A stretch of 52,545 nt of DNA from Rickettsiaceae bacterium 4572_127 (GTDB taxonomy: Bacteria; Pseudomonadota; Alphaproteobacteria; Rs-D84; NBLK01): NCBI GenBank assembly GCA_002084505.1, contig NBLK01000002.1, positions 1-52,545 of the forward strand, given 5' to 3'. Within the stretch, counting starts at the first letter, position 1, and each line of letters begins with the position of its first letter. Below the pieces are notes generated by a model. The model made no database searches. It saw only the letters and a list, made by a program, of their open reading frames with translations, and had not been told where the DNA came from. Both the position numbers and the translations under genes were made by a program. Positions 34,699-44,644 of this stretch are shown one piece after another.

Positions 34699-35718
34699 AT
34701 GAAACTAATAACTCTAATTTTTCTTTTCTTATCAACAACGGTTTTAGCTCAAAAAGCTTATATAGTTATTAACGAAACAAACGGCTCAGTCTTATTAGAA
34801 AATAACTCAACCTTAAAGCATTACCCAGCGTCTCTAACTAAAATGATGATGCTATACATAGCATTCGACGCTCTTAAAAAAAACATCCTAAACGAAAACA
34901 CATTACTAAAAGTTTCTAAAAAAGCCTCAGAACAAGTTCCATCAAAACTAGGTCTGAAAAACGGCACCACAATAACACTAAAAAACACTCTATTAGGAAT
35001 TATTATAAAATCTGCAAACGACGCCTCTGTCGTCCTCTCAGAACACCTAAGTGGCAAAGAAAAAACATTTGCATCTATAATGACAGCAACAGCAAAACAA
35101 ATAGGACTTTCAAAGACTAATTTTGAAAACTCATCAGGATTAGGAGACGAAGATCAAGTTTCATCGGCAAAAGACATGGCTCTACTTGGATTAGCCTTGT
35201 ATCGTCATTTTCCTAAATACTATAAATGGTTCTCAATAAAATCATTTGTTTTTGAAGGCAAAAAAATATCTTCACACAACCATCTCTTTAAGAGATATAA
35301 GGGAGTAGACGGCTTAAAAACTGGATACATAAAAAAAGCAGGTTATAACAGCGTAGTCTCCTCAAAGCAAAACGGCAAAAGATTATTTGGAGTTGTTTTG
35401 GGAGCTGAATCAATTATAAAAAGAGACAATAAAATGATTGAAATTCTAAATAAAGGATTTGCTCAATTGGGAGTAAATGTTAATTACAGCAGGGAAAACG
35501 AAAAATACACAGTTCAATTAGGAGCTTTTTCTAATAAAAACAATGCAGAAAAAATACTAGGAAACTATAATCAAAATAAAAAAATAATTAAAAAAAATGT
35601 TAAAAACAAAACTTTATATCTTGCGTTGTTAACTAATCTTTCTTATGATACAGCTTATAGAAAATGTAATTTTATAAAATCAAAAGGAAGCGAATGTCTA
35701 ATCAAATTAGGGAAATAG
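34699..35718 (+). CDS. D-alanyl-D-alanine carboxypeptidase (PBP5/6 class) with C-terminal SPOR domain
   Basis: Signal peptide. SxxK (SLTK), SxN (SAN) and KTG (LKTGYI). C-terminal YTVQLGAFSNKNNAEKIL is typical of SPOR. Confidence 0.8.
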   Translation: MKLITLIFLFLSTTVLAQKAYIVINETNGSVLLENNSTLKHYPASLTKMMMLYIAFDALKKNILNENTLLKVSKKASEQVPSKLGLKNGTTITLKNTLLGIIIKSANDASVVLSEHLSGKEKTFASIMTATAKQIGLSKTNFENSSGLGDEDQVSSAKDMALLGLALYRHFPKYYKWFSIKSFVFEGKKISSHNHLFKRYKGVDGLKTGYIKKAGYNSVVSSKQNGKRLFGVVLGAESIIKRDNKMIEILNKGFAQLGVNVNYSRENEKYTVQLGAFSNKNNAEKILGNYNQNKKIIKKNVKNKTLYLALLTNLSYDTAYRKCNFIKSKGSECLIKLGK

Positions 35719-36380
35719 TCTTTGACACCGAAACAACTGGGCTATCACCAAAAACAGAAAGACTAGTTGAAATAGGTTGCGTTGAAGTAATAAACAACAA
35801 ACCAACAGGGCGGGAATTTCAAGCATATTGTCATCCTGAAACTACAATCGTAGGGGCGGAAGCTTACGATGTTCATAAAATTTCTATGGAGTTTCTAAAA
35901 GATAAGCCTTATTTTAGAGATATTGTTGGAGATTTTTTGGAGTTTGTTGGAGATGCTACCCTTGTGGCACATAATGCCCGCTTTGATATGGGGTTTGTGA
36001 ATATGGAGCTAAGACGACTAGGAAAAAAAGAAATCTCAAAAGAAAGAGTTAAGGATACTTTATGGTTAGCTCGAAAGAAATTTCCTGAGCTTGGAAGACA
36101 TAATTTAGATTTTTTATGCAATCACATGGGAATTGATAAAACAGAACGAGAAGAAAAAGGGCATGGAGCCTTATTGGATGCTCAAATTTTGACGGAAGTT
36201 TACTATAATTTAATCTTTGATAAAGAGCAGAAATTATTTGGAAAAACCGAAAAAAAAATAAAAACATCAAATACAGCCGAGAAAACTTTCCGAGAACCAA
36301 GATCTTTTCCTGTAAATGAAAATGATAATCAAAACCATAGAAGTTTTCTTGAGACAATTAAAAATGCATTGTGGGAATAA
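35694..36380 (+). CDS. dnaQ: DNA polymerase III subunit epsilon
   Basis: Exo I (IVFDTETTGL), Exo II (LVAHNARFDMGF) and Exo III (HGALLDAQILTEVY). Confidence 0.88.
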   Translation: MSNQIREIVFDTETTGLSPKTERLVEIGCVEVINNKPTGREFQAYCHPETTIVGAEAYDVHKISMEFLKDKPYFRDIVGDFLEFVGDATLVAHNARFDMGFVNMELRRLGKKEISKERVKDTLWLARKKFPELGRHNLDFLCNHMGIDKTEREEKGHGALLDAQILTEVYYNLIFDKEQKLFGKTEKKIKTSNTAEKTFREPRSFPVNENDNQNHRSFLETIKNALWE

Positions 36381-36443
36381 ACCACTTGCTTTTTTATTCT
36401 TTTCCCACTATACTAAGTGGGAAACAAACAGAAAGGATTAATC

Positions 36444-36719
36444 ATGTTAGAATTAGCAAATGTAAGACCTGATAACAAAGGCAGAGTTTTAATAAATAGA
36501 TTTATAAAAAAAGGCGTCTCTTCTTACGACATAGAAGCAAAAGAAGACGGCTCATTACTTTTTATACCGCAAGTTGAAGTTTCTTTTAGGGAAATGAATT
36601 TAATTAGAGACAAAAAATTTCATGCCGAGTTAAAAGAAAATTTAAAAAAAGCTATAAAAGAGGAAAAAGAAGGCAAACTTATTTCTCTAGGTTCTTTTCA
36701 AAAACACTTGGAGGGTTAA
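36444..36719 (+). CDS. putative type II antitoxin (SpoVT/AbrB-like guess)
   Basis: Start moved to ATG 36444 (AAAGGA SD). 91 aa. Ends 1 nt before a RelE/ParE-like toxin gene. N-terminal VRPDNKGRVLI resembles a swapped-hairpin DNA-binding motif. Confidence 0.5.
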   Translation: MLELANVRPDNKGRVLINRFIKKGVSSYDIEAKEDGSLLFIPQVEVSFREMNLIRDKKFHAELKENLKKAIKEEKEGKLISLGSFQKHLEG

Positions 36720-36720
36720 A

Positions 36721-37008
36721 ATGTTTCAAATAAGGTTTTTAGAAAAAGCAAATCACCAGTTGAAAAAGTTAGAAAAAAACAAAACATATAAAATTCAATT
36801 TAAGGCGGTTGTAAAAGCACTAGCTTATTTAGAGCAAAATCCAAAACATCCGAGCTTAAAAACTCATAGGTACTCTGGTTTCTCGTTTGTAAAAAAACAG
36901 GTTTTTGAGGCTTATGCACAAAATCATACATCAGGTGCATATAGAATTTTTTGGTATTACGGAGAAAACAATACAATCGTGATTATATCAATTACCGCTC
37001 ATCCGTAA
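36721..37008 (+). CDS. type II toxin, RelE/ParE superfamily
   Basis: 95 aa. The C-terminal pattern AYRIFWYYGENNTIVIISITAHP is typical of RelE/ParE-fold toxins. Paired with the upstream small ORF. Confidence 0.6.
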   Translation: MFQIRFLEKANHQLKKLEKNKTYKIQFKAVVKALAYLEQNPKHPSLKTHRYSGFSFVKKQVFEAYAQNHTSGAYRIFWYYGENNTIVIISITAHP

Positions 37009-37022
37009 AAAAAGGAATCAAA

Positions 37023-38681
37023 GTGAAAAAGAATTTAATTACCTCTGCTCTGTTATATATAAATGGGGAGCCACACATAGGGCATTTAGCAGGGTGTCTT
37101 TTGCCTGCGGATGCATTCGCGCGATTTAAGCGACTAAAAAATGAAGAAACTTTGTTTATTGGAGGAACAGACGAACATGGAACTGCGATTGAAATAGCTT
37201 CAAAAAAAGCAGGGAAACCATTTCAAGATTATTGCGACGAGCTTTTTGAGTTTCATAAAAAAACATATAAAGAATGGAATATATCATTTGATTTTTTAGG
37301 AAGAACATCAGATAAAAAAAATCACGAATTAGTTAAAAAGGTTTTCAAAGAGGTCGATTCAGCAGGATATATTTCTGAAAAAACAATTAAACAAATCTAC
37401 TCAATTGACGACAAAAGGTTTTTATCTGATCGCTACATCAAAGGAACCTGTCCCCACTGCAAAGCCGAAGGAGTGGACGGGGATCAATGCGAGGTCTGCA
37501 CAAAATTATTAGAGCCAACAGAATTAATAGAGCCTTACTCAACTATTTCAGGATCAAAAAATTTAGAGATACGAGAAACAAAACATCTATACTTAAAACT
37601 TTCATCAATACAGGGTGAGCTTGAAAAATGGATAGCAAAAAAAGATTGGAATAAAACAACTAAATCAATAGCACAAAAATGGCTTACAGAGGGATTGCAA
37701 GATCGTTGCATTACTCGTGATTTATCTTGGGGAATTTCCGTCCCAAAAACAGGCTATGAAAATAAAGTTTTTTATGTTTGGTTTGATGCCCCATTTGGAT
37801 ATGTTTCTATTACGCAACAATGGGCAGAGAAAAATAATACGAGCTGGGAAGATTGGTGGAAAAAAGATGATGTAAATTATACTCAATTTATGGCAAAGGA
37901 TAACATCCCGTTTCATACCGTTTTTTTTCCAGCGACAGAAATTGCCTCTGGTGAAAACTTTCACTTAGTAGACAATGTTAATGGATTGAATTATTTAAAT
38001 TTTGAAAATAAGAAAATATCAAAATCGAAAAAAATAGGAGTTTTTGCTTCTCAGGCTTCGGCTGAATTTCCTATTGATTATTGGAGATATTATTTACTTT
38101 CTCATATTCCTGAAAGCGGAGATTCTAATTTTTCTTTCTCTGAATTTATAACTTTAATAAATAAAGACTTGAACGATGTTTTAGGAAACTTTGTAATGCG
38201 AGTTATGAAATTCTATATAGCAAAATTCGGTAAGAAAATAGCGGAATCACCGTTTTTAGACGACGAATTGTTGGAAAAACTAACTCCGCTTGTGAATAGT
38301 TATGTGGATAATTTTGATAACTTAAAAATTAGAAAAACGATGGAAAATCTTCGAGAAATTTGGACTCTTGGAAATTCTTATATTGCAGAAAAAGAACCTT
38401 GGGCTGTCTATAAAACTAATCCAGAAGAGGCTAAAAAAATAGTGGAAACAGGACTGCATTTGATTGGTCTTTTTGCGGTCTTAGCTAAGCCAATAATCCC
38501 TGAGAGTGCAGAAAAAATATCTAAAATGATCACAGACGATTCGTTAAAATTACCAACTGGAAATCTAAAAACTTGGTTTCAATCTTGGAAAATTAAAAAA
38601 GAAATAGAAATCCCAACAGCGGTCTTTTCTAAAATAGATCCAAAAAAAGCAGACGAACTAAAATTAAAATACGGTGGATAA
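37023..38681 (+). CDS. metG: methionine--tRNA ligase
   Basis: GTG 37023 preceded by AAGGA. HIGH (GEPHIGHL), zinc knuckle (CPHC...CEVC) and KMSKS-like (KISKSK). The track ORF start at 36951 overlaps the toxin gene and is rejected. Confidence 0.88.
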   Translation: MKKNLITSALLYINGEPHIGHLAGCLLPADAFARFKRLKNEETLFIGGTDEHGTAIEIASKKAGKPFQDYCDELFEFHKKTYKEWNISFDFLGRTSDKKNHELVKKVFKEVDSAGYISEKTIKQIYSIDDKRFLSDRYIKGTCPHCKAEGVDGDQCEVCTKLLEPTELIEPYSTISGSKNLEIRETKHLYLKLSSIQGELEKWIAKKDWNKTTKSIAQKWLTEGLQDRCITRDLSWGISVPKTGYENKVFYVWFDAPFGYVSITQQWAEKNNTSWEDWWKKDDVNYTQFMAKDNIPFHTVFFPATEIASGENFHLVDNVNGLNYLNFENKKISKSKKIGVFASQASAEFPIDYWRYYLLSHIPESGDSNFSFSEFITLINKDLNDVLGNFVMRVMKFYIAKFGKKIAESPFLDDELLEKLTPLVNSYVDNFDNLKIRKTMENLREIWTLGNSYIAEKEPWAVYKTNPEEAKKIVETGLHLIGLFAVLAKPIIPESAEKISKMITDDSLKLPTGNLKTWFQSWKIKKEIEIPTAVFSKIDPKKADELKLKYGG

Positions 38682-39209
38682 ATGAAAAAATACAGAATAA
38701 TTTTAATTCCACAAATGGATGCATGGGAAGAGTTTTATAAAATAACAGAATCTTTATCAGAGATTTCAGATGGATATTTAATGTCTTCGAATAGCTCTGT
38801 TCCACACATAACGCTTAGTAAATTCGAAGCAGAAGACAAGGCTGTTGAAAAAATATGGAATAGTTGCAGAATGACTGTTGTCCCAAATGTAGAATTCTAC
38901 GGTCTAACTTTCGCAAAAAGAAAAGTTAATTGGGCGTTAGTTCTAACAAAAAGAACTGAAATTGTGCCTTTTCAAAAGAAAGTTTATGAAATTTTAAACA
39001 CACACAACTTAAAATTAGATGAAATAATAAGGGAGAGTTATATACCGCATCTTACTTTAATTAGAACACCATTAAGCGAATTAGAAATAATAAAAAAACT
39101 AGGAGATTTTTCATTCCTATTTGAAAAAAAATTAAAATGGAATTTAGTAATTGCAAGGTCTGGAAAATATGGAAAAATAAAAGAGAAAGATACTGTATAC
39201 TCCACATAA
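38682..39209 (+). CDS. 2H phosphoesterase (LigT / 2'-5' RNA ligase-like)
   Basis: Two HxTx motifs (VPHITLSKF and IPHLTLIRT) at the expected spacing. Its ATG directly abuts the metG stop. Confidence 0.65.
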   Translation: MKKYRIILIPQMDAWEEFYKITESLSEISDGYLMSSNSSVPHITLSKFEAEDKAVEKIWNSCRMTVVPNVEFYGLTFAKRKVNWALVLTKRTEIVPFQKKVYEILNTHNLKLDEIIRESYIPHLTLIRTPLSELEIIKKLGDFSFLFEKKLKWNLVIARSGKYGKIKEKDTVYST

Positions 39210-39252
39210 CATATAAGGGCAAGTAAAAACATTATGAGGAGTGGATAACAAA

Positions 39253-40257
39253 ATGAAATATAAAAATCAAACTTTTAATAAACAAGAAGTAGTTAGGACT
39301 ATTTTTGATTTGAAACAAAAAAAAGCTTTTATAGAAAAGTTTGGAGATTTTGATTCTAAGAAATTGATAATTTCAGGGCTTCAAAAAAATGTTTTTCTAA
39401 CAGAAAAAACAGCTATATTGTTGTATAAAAATAAAACTGCTTTTGGGTATTCAAAGAATGAAATAAAAGCCTATGAATGGTTTGGTGAAAATAAAGATTT
39501 AGATTTTTTACCTTACTTAATTGAAAAAATTGAAGACAAAAATATCTCGGATTTTCCGCTTCAGGTGGTTCATAAACTAGAAGGAGTTTCATTTTTTAGT
39601 CTTTGGCACGAGTTAAATAATGACGATAAAAACAGTGTTTTTGAGGATTTAGGGAAAAAATTAGCTAAAATTCACGAGCGATATATTACAAAACCATCAA
39701 CCTTAAAAGAAATCCCAATGGATGGAAAATTTGAATCAAGTGATTGGATTGATTATATTTGTGAGAAAGATTATTTTGAAAAAGCGATTGATTTTGCCTA
39801 TGATAAAATTCTTGAAAATTTTCCTAAAATGAAATTAGCAAAAAATATAAAGGAAGTTTGGAAGAAAAAACTTTTTAATTTTACGAAATTAGAATGCGTT
39901 TTAACCCATTGTGATATCCATGAGGAACAAATTTTAATAAAAAAAATAAATGGAAAATATAAAGTTTCTGGAATTCCAGATTGGGGATTTGCTCATATTA
40001 CATCTCCATTACAAGATTTTTATTTTAATGAAGAAAGACTTTTTCCATCAAAAGAAATTTTTCTTCCTGAGATAAAAAAACTCCGTAAAGTTATGTGGAA
40101 GTCATATTCTAAAAAAAGAAATTTAGATATTTCATGTGAAGACATGAAGTTGCTTTTTAATCTTTATTATTTAATTGTGTCTAAAAGTTTTTTAGAAAAT
40201 AACCACCCTACTTGGAATAATTTTATAAATAAAACCGTTCGTGAAATAACAAAATAA
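39253..40257 (+). CDS. aminoglycoside/choline kinase-like phosphotransferase (APH fold)
   Basis: Brenner-type motif LTHCDIHEEQILI and IPDWGFAH. Start moved to ATG 39253 (AGGAG 13 nt upstream). Confidence 0.6.
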   Translation: MKYKNQTFNKQEVVRTIFDLKQKKAFIEKFGDFDSKKLIISGLQKNVFLTEKTAILLYKNKTAFGYSKNEIKAYEWFGENKDLDFLPYLIEKIEDKNISDFPLQVVHKLEGVSFFSLWHELNNDDKNSVFEDLGKKLAKIHERYITKPSTLKEIPMDGKFESSDWIDYICEKDYFEKAIDFAYDKILENFPKMKLAKNIKEVWKKKLFNFTKLECVLTHCDIHEEQILIKKINGKYKVSGIPDWGFAHITSPLQDFYFNEERLFPSKEIFLPEIKKLRKVMWKSYSKKRNLDISCEDMKLLFNLYYLIVSKSFLENNHPTWNNFINKTVREITK

Positions 40258-40787
40258 TGAAAGCAATAAAAAATAGATTTAGTGTTTCCGAATTTACAGA
40301 TAAAAAGATTTCAAAAGAAGATTTGATTGAAATTCTAAATTGCGGGATTTTAGCCCCATCAGTAAAAAATACTCAGCCATGGTTTATGACTATTTTGAGA
40401 CAGGATTCAAAACAAAATTTCAGAGATTTTTTTATAAAAAATTTTAATAAATTAATCGTTCCTGCGGAGACAGAAAATTCACAAAATCGGACTTTTTCCG
40501 CCTTAAAAACGGCTGATACGGTTATTTTGGTTTGGAATACATCTAAAAATAAATGGGCTGGCTCAGAACATTCTTGCTGTGCTTTGATGCAAAACATTCT
40601 CACAAAGGCTACTGATTTGGACATAGGAAGCCTGTGGATTAGTGATATTCTTTTGGTAAAAAACGAAATTAAAAAGTATTTTAAAAAAGATTATTCACTC
40701 GTTGGAGCAATAGCATTAGGATATTCAAAACCACAACCAAAACACCGTGGACGAAAATCATTGGAAAAAGTCTGTGAATTTTTATAA
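40257..40787 (+). CDS. nitroreductase family protein
   Basis: RFSVSEFTDKKISKEDLIEILNCGILAPSVKNTQPW is the classic nitroreductase N-terminus. TAATG overlap with the kinase gene. Confidence 0.7.
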   Translation: MKAIKNRFSVSEFTDKKISKEDLIEILNCGILAPSVKNTQPWFMTILRQDSKQNFRDFFIKNFNKLIVPAETENSQNRTFSALKTADTVILVWNTSKNKWAGSEHSCCALMQNILTKATDLDIGSLWISDILLVKNEIKKYFKKDYSLVGAIALGYSKPQPKHRGRKSLEKVCEFL

Positions 40788-41306
40788 TTGAGCTAATATC
40801 TCATCAAGTTCCCTAAAGGAACTCACTTTTATAACATTGATATGAGAAAATTGCTCTATAATTTTCATTTGTGTTTTCCACCGTTTTGGCTGTTTAAATA
40901 GAATCCAAGGAATCATTCTAAAATTGAAACCTTTTGTTGCACCTAGCAATGCACCAGCATGATTTCCTTTAAGCCTACTTCTTTTGAAGAATCGAAATAA
41001 ACATTTGAAGCGATTGGTTTTTATTAAAACAATCGTATCAGCTCTTTTTAATCGCTGAGGCAGGAGTTTTTTATACTGACCATCGATAATCCATTTTTCT
41101 TTTTTGATAAAAGTATCGTGTTTTCTTTTAGTTTCTTCTCGGGAAGCAAGAACCCAATTCGTGTGAGGAATGTGTGCTATTTGGTCAAGATGCAGAACGG
41201 GGAAGTTTAATTTTCGTGCTAATTTTTCTGAAAAAGTTGATTTTCCAGAGTTAGACGGTCCTATAACACAAATCCGATTACCTAATATATATTCATTTCT
41301 TTGCAT
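40782..41306 (-). CDS. P-loop kinase (adenylate kinase / topology-modulation FlaR-like)
   Basis: Walker A (VIGPSNSGKST). 174 aa. Last gene of the minus-strand operon. Its 3' end overlaps the convergent nitroreductase gene by 6 nt. Confidence 0.6.
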   Translation of the reverse strand: MQRNEYILGNRICVIGPSNSGKSTFSEKLARKLNFPVLHLDQIAHIPHTNWVLASREETKRKHDTFIKKEKWIIDGQYKKLLPQRLKRADTIVLIKTNRFKCLFRFFKRSRLKGNHAGALLGATKGFNFRMIPWILFKQPKRWKTQMKIIEQFSHINVIKVSSFRELDEILAQL

Positions 41307-41309
41307 AAA

Positions 41310-42434
41310 CTATTTATCTTTTTTCAATTTTTCATCTAAATAAAGCCCGCTCAATCCCCAGAATTTTTTGAAATTTCCCAGCTCATTTTTATCACTTTTT
41401 TTGCCGCTAAAAACGGCTTTTACGAGTATATTCTTAGGTGTATGAGTGTGTGCTACAAACTCTATAATCTGTGTTTTATAACCAAAAGAATTTAAAGTCA
41501 TACAACGATAAGCATCCGTAACTAGACTCGCTACCCGCTCTTTAATCAACCCATAGGACAGCATCTCTTTTAATTTCTCCGACTTAATTTTAGTGAAAAA
41601 CTCATGCTGACAGCACGGGGCAGAAAGTAATAATTTAACATTCCCCTTGATGGCTTTTGCTATCGTATCGTCCGTAGCAGTATTGCAAGCATGAAGACTA
41701 ATCACAACATCTGGGTTTTTGAAATCATAGTCATCAATAGAACTTTCAATAAAATGCAATTTATCATAACCAAGTTTTTTTGCTATTTTTGAGCATTTTT
41801 CTATAAGCATTTTATTGCTATCAACTCCCGTTATATGCACGCTCCATTTTTTTATTTCCTTTAAGTAATGATATAAGGCGAAAGTTAAATAAGCCTTTCC
41901 GCATCCCATATCTACAATCTCCATTGGAGCGCATTTTGGGAAATCCGCTTGAAAAATCTCTATGAATTTATTTATTTGAATAAATTTGTCCGTTTTGCCT
42001 TTGTAAGGAATTCCTTGCTTGTTTGTAATTTCTAGCTCATGTAGAAACGGATAAAAAACTCCTCGTTGGAAAATATGATTTTTCTTAGAATTATGATCTG
42101 TCGAGACAACTTTTTTCGTAGCAGGCATTTCTTTGCGACGAATTTTTTTACCTACTTTGGAATAGTGAAAATCAGCAGACGGCGTAAACACCATTGCATT
42201 TGTGAATGATTTTTCAAATAAATTGCGGATTGTTTTTTCGGCTTCCTTCAAAGTGAGGTTTTTATGATATGCTTTTTTTTGATCATACGAAGTCATCTGA
42301 TATAGCACTTCATTTTTAGTTTCAAAAGGGCGAATTTCCACCCTGCGAAATTGCTCGCCTTTTATTGCTCCTGTGAGTTTGATAATGGCGAATAAGCCGT
42401 TTTTAGCGAAGAATTCTGCGAATGTTTTTTTCAT
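41310..42434 (-). CDS. class I SAM-dependent methyltransferase (Methyltransf_32 / METTL25-like)
   Basis: Motif I IVDMGCGKAYLTFAL. LHACNTATD and APCCQHEF are, as I recall, characteristic of that family. The N-terminal roughly 150 aa have unknown fold. Confidence 0.6.
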   Translation of the reverse strand: MKKTFAEFFAKNGLFAIIKLTGAIKGEQFRRVEIRPFETKNEVLYQMTSYDQKKAYHKNLTLKEAEKTIRNLFEKSFTNAMVFTPSADFHYSKVGKKIRRKEMPATKKVVSTDHNSKKNHIFQRGVFYPFLHELEITNKQGIPYKGKTDKFIQINKFIEIFQADFPKCAPMEIVDMGCGKAYLTFALYHYLKEIKKWSVHITGVDSNKMLIEKCSKIAKKLGYDKLHFIESSIDDYDFKNPDVVISLHACNTATDDTIAKAIKGNVKLLLSAPCCQHEFFTKIKSEKLKEMLSYGLIKERVASLVTDAYRCMTLNSFGYKTQIIEFVAHTHTPKNILVKAVFSGKKSDKNELGNFKKFWGLSGLYLDEKLKKDK

Positions 42435-42435
42435 T

Positions 42436-42921
42436 TTATTTAAACCTTTTTATCATTTGTAAATGCTCTTTAACATCATCTAGTCCAACCTGAATAGGAT
42501 TCGGATTAAAAACAAATCCACAGGATTTATGTAATTTTATAGATGCTGGATTGTCTTTTTCTACATTACTTAATATTGTAAATTTCTTTTTATTGGAGAC
42601 AAGTCTACAGACTTCATTTAAAAACAGTTTGCCAAAACCTTTTCCACGAAAAAAAGGAGAGACTAAAATAGGTTCAATTAAATATGTGTGTTCTAGGACA
42701 AGCGGTAGGCGAACATAACCAATTAGCTTTTTTTCAAGAAACATTCCGTGTAATAAAATATCTTTTTTTGAGATTGCTTCTTCTAAAAAATTATTTTGGA
42801 TTTTGAAGATTTTTTCAGTTCTTGCTTTTTCAGGTCTATCGCTCATAACGAGAGAGTTTAATTGATCTAAATTTTTTTTATTTTTTACGGATTTAAACGA
42901 GGGCAATAGCTTTTTTTTCAT
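42436..42921 (-). CDS. GNAT family N-acetyltransferase
   Basis: VSPFFRGKGFGKLFL (Q/RxxGxG/A) and SIKLHKSCGF. Confidence 0.7.
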   Translation of the reverse strand: MKKKLLPSFKSVKNKKNLDQLNSLVMSDRPEKARTEKIFKIQNNFLEEAISKKDILLHGMFLEKKLIGYVRLPLVLEHTYLIEPILVSPFFRGKGFGKLFLNEVCRLVSNKKKFTILSNVEKDNPASIKLHKSCGFVFNPNPIQVGLDDVKEHLQMIKRFK

Positions 42922-42924
42922 GTT

Positions 42925-44109
42925 TTATCTCTTTTTTAAGGTTGCTATTAAAACAATATACACACTTAAAATTACAAAAGCTAGAACAATAAATCCAGTT
43001 TGATAAGAAGTTTTGTGAATTAAAACCCCAATCCCACCAGCAAAAAAAGCTGAGACTATTTGCATCATTTGTCCCCTCACAGATAGAAGAGTTGCTTTGA
43101 ATCGGCTTTTACCTATCTTTTGAAGCAGAAGTGTATTTTCAATTTGTGAGACTCCCCATTCTAAAGAATTTAGCAAAATAAATATCGTTGCCACAAAATA
43201 CAGATTACTGAAAAACCCAAGGACACCGACTAGGATAATATAAGTGATAAACTTAAATGTTACGAGCGATTTTAGAGAGAAATATCTTTGAAATCGTCCG
43301 CTAAAAAATAACAATAAGGATGCGATTCCTCTTCCCACTCCTAATAAAATACCAAAATAGATAACAGGGATTTCGAGAAGTTCTTGGTAAGGTCCTCTAA
43401 AAGCACTTAATGCATATCCTACTCCGGAGATGAAAGCAAAGAAAATAGCCCATTTTAGAAATCCGCTTTCTTTACCTTTTTGTATAACTTGTTTGAAATT
43501 AGTCGCTGAAATTTCTTTGATTTTTTCTGCTTTTATTTTTGGAGAAACGAACGAAATGGCTGTTATTAAGCCTATAAAATCTATGAATAAAGCAATTAAA
43601 AAAGGCAGTCTATAACTTATATTTACCAAGAGTGGGACTAAAATTGTTAGAATTATTGGAACAGCAAAACCGATTGATTTAATCTTTCCCATCACTTTGC
43701 CGTAGTCATTTTCTCGTTTAAGTGTAATTAAAGTTTCGTGCATAAAGGCACTAGCGGTTCCACTCGTAAATGCAAAAGCAAGACTCAAAAGTATAGACCC
43801 AAAGGATAAGAAATAAAGATTGGTTCCCATTAAAAAACAAGATGTTGAAAGGATCATGAAAATCCTAGAAAGAACTAATGTTCTTTTATGACCTATTTTG
43901 TCCGAAAGATAACCGCTAGGAATTTCAAATAAAAAGCCTGCGAGATTCCCAAGTAATAAAATCACTCCAACATTTTGAATCGTAATATCTGGAATGGTCA
44001 TGTAATAGACACTCAAAATAGCAACGAAAATCCGCTTGTTAGTTATGTTAAAAATCGTAAATTTCCAAATGTTACTTTCTAGCATTTTTTCTCCAAAGTA
44101 ATTGAACAT
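42925..44109 (-). CDS. MFS transporter
   Basis: About 12 hydrophobic segments. MFS motif A-like GYLSDKIGHKRTL. The start could instead be ATG 44085. Confidence 0.7.
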   Translation of the reverse strand: MFNYFGEKMLESNIWKFTIFNITNKRIFVAILSVYYMTIPDITIQNVGVILLLGNLAGFLFEIPSGYLSDKIGHKRTLVLSRIFMILSTSCFLMGTNLYFLSFGSILLSLAFAFTSGTASAFMHETLITLKRENDYGKVMGKIKSIGFAVPIILTILVPLLVNISYRLPFLIALFIDFIGLITAISFVSPKIKAEKIKEISATNFKQVIQKGKESGFLKWAIFFAFISGVGYALSAFRGPYQELLEIPVIYFGILLGVGRGIASLLLFFSGRFQRYFSLKSLVTFKFITYIILVGVLGFFSNLYFVATIFILLNSLEWGVSQIENTLLLQKIGKSRFKATLLSVRGQMMQIVSAFFAGGIGVLIHKTSYQTGFIVLAFVILSVYIVLIATLKKR

Positions 44110-44644
44110 ATCCAGTTTTTACATGTTCAAAAACGGTGATTCCAGCGTTTTTCAAAAAATTATCAATTAAATCAAATGCCTCTCTTGGGCTTTTTGCTGA
44201 TGAGCTGTTGTATTCAATTTCTACAAAATCACCAAGTCCAACAACATTATCAAACTCGACTAAAAGTTCTCCACAAGAATAAGAGCGACGAGTTTTTTCT
44301 ACTTTTGCAGTTTCCTTAAATCCAAGAGTTCTAAAAATTTTCTCTGTTGATTTTCCATCAGATAAATTTGATTCGTATTCATCGGCGTATGCAGGCATTT
44401 CAGGTGTTTCTTTATGCCAGTTTTTATAGGTAATTGAATCTCCCTTTTCAGAAAAACGAACACGAATAAATTCCTTAGCATCCAAACCGTCTTTCGTGTC
44501 AAATAAAAATGTTTTATGGGGTGGATCAAAGTAAACATCAGTCTGTTTTTTTTCTCCAAGAAATTTCCCATTAGCAGATAAATAACTTAGTAGCAACTTT
44601 TTGTCTTTTAATTTGATAGTAATTTCAATTTCTAGGTCTTTCAT
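44072..44644 (-). CDS. CYTH / triphosphate tunnel metalloenzyme (class IV adenylyl cyclase CyaB-like)
   Basis: N-terminal ExExK signature (LEIEITIKL), later beta-strand acidic/basic pairs (FIRVRF, VEKTRRSY, GDFVEIEY). 190 aa. Confidence 0.65.
   Translation of the reverse strand: MKDLEIEITIKLKDKKLLLSYLSANGKFLGEKKQTDVYFDPPHKTFLFDTKDGLDAKEFIRVRFSEKGDSITYKNWHKETPEMPAYADEYESNLSDGKSTEKIFRTLGFKETAKVEKTRRSYSCGELLVEFDNVVGLGDFVEIEYNSSSAKSPREAFDLIDNFLKNAGITVFEHVKTGYVQLLWRKNARK

Noticed and set aside
36951-37022. Upstream start for metG as in the track ORF (36951).
   Set aside because: It would overlap the toxin gene by 58 nt and add a non-conserved leader. GTG 37023 has an SD and begins right before the conserved LLYINGEPHIGH region.
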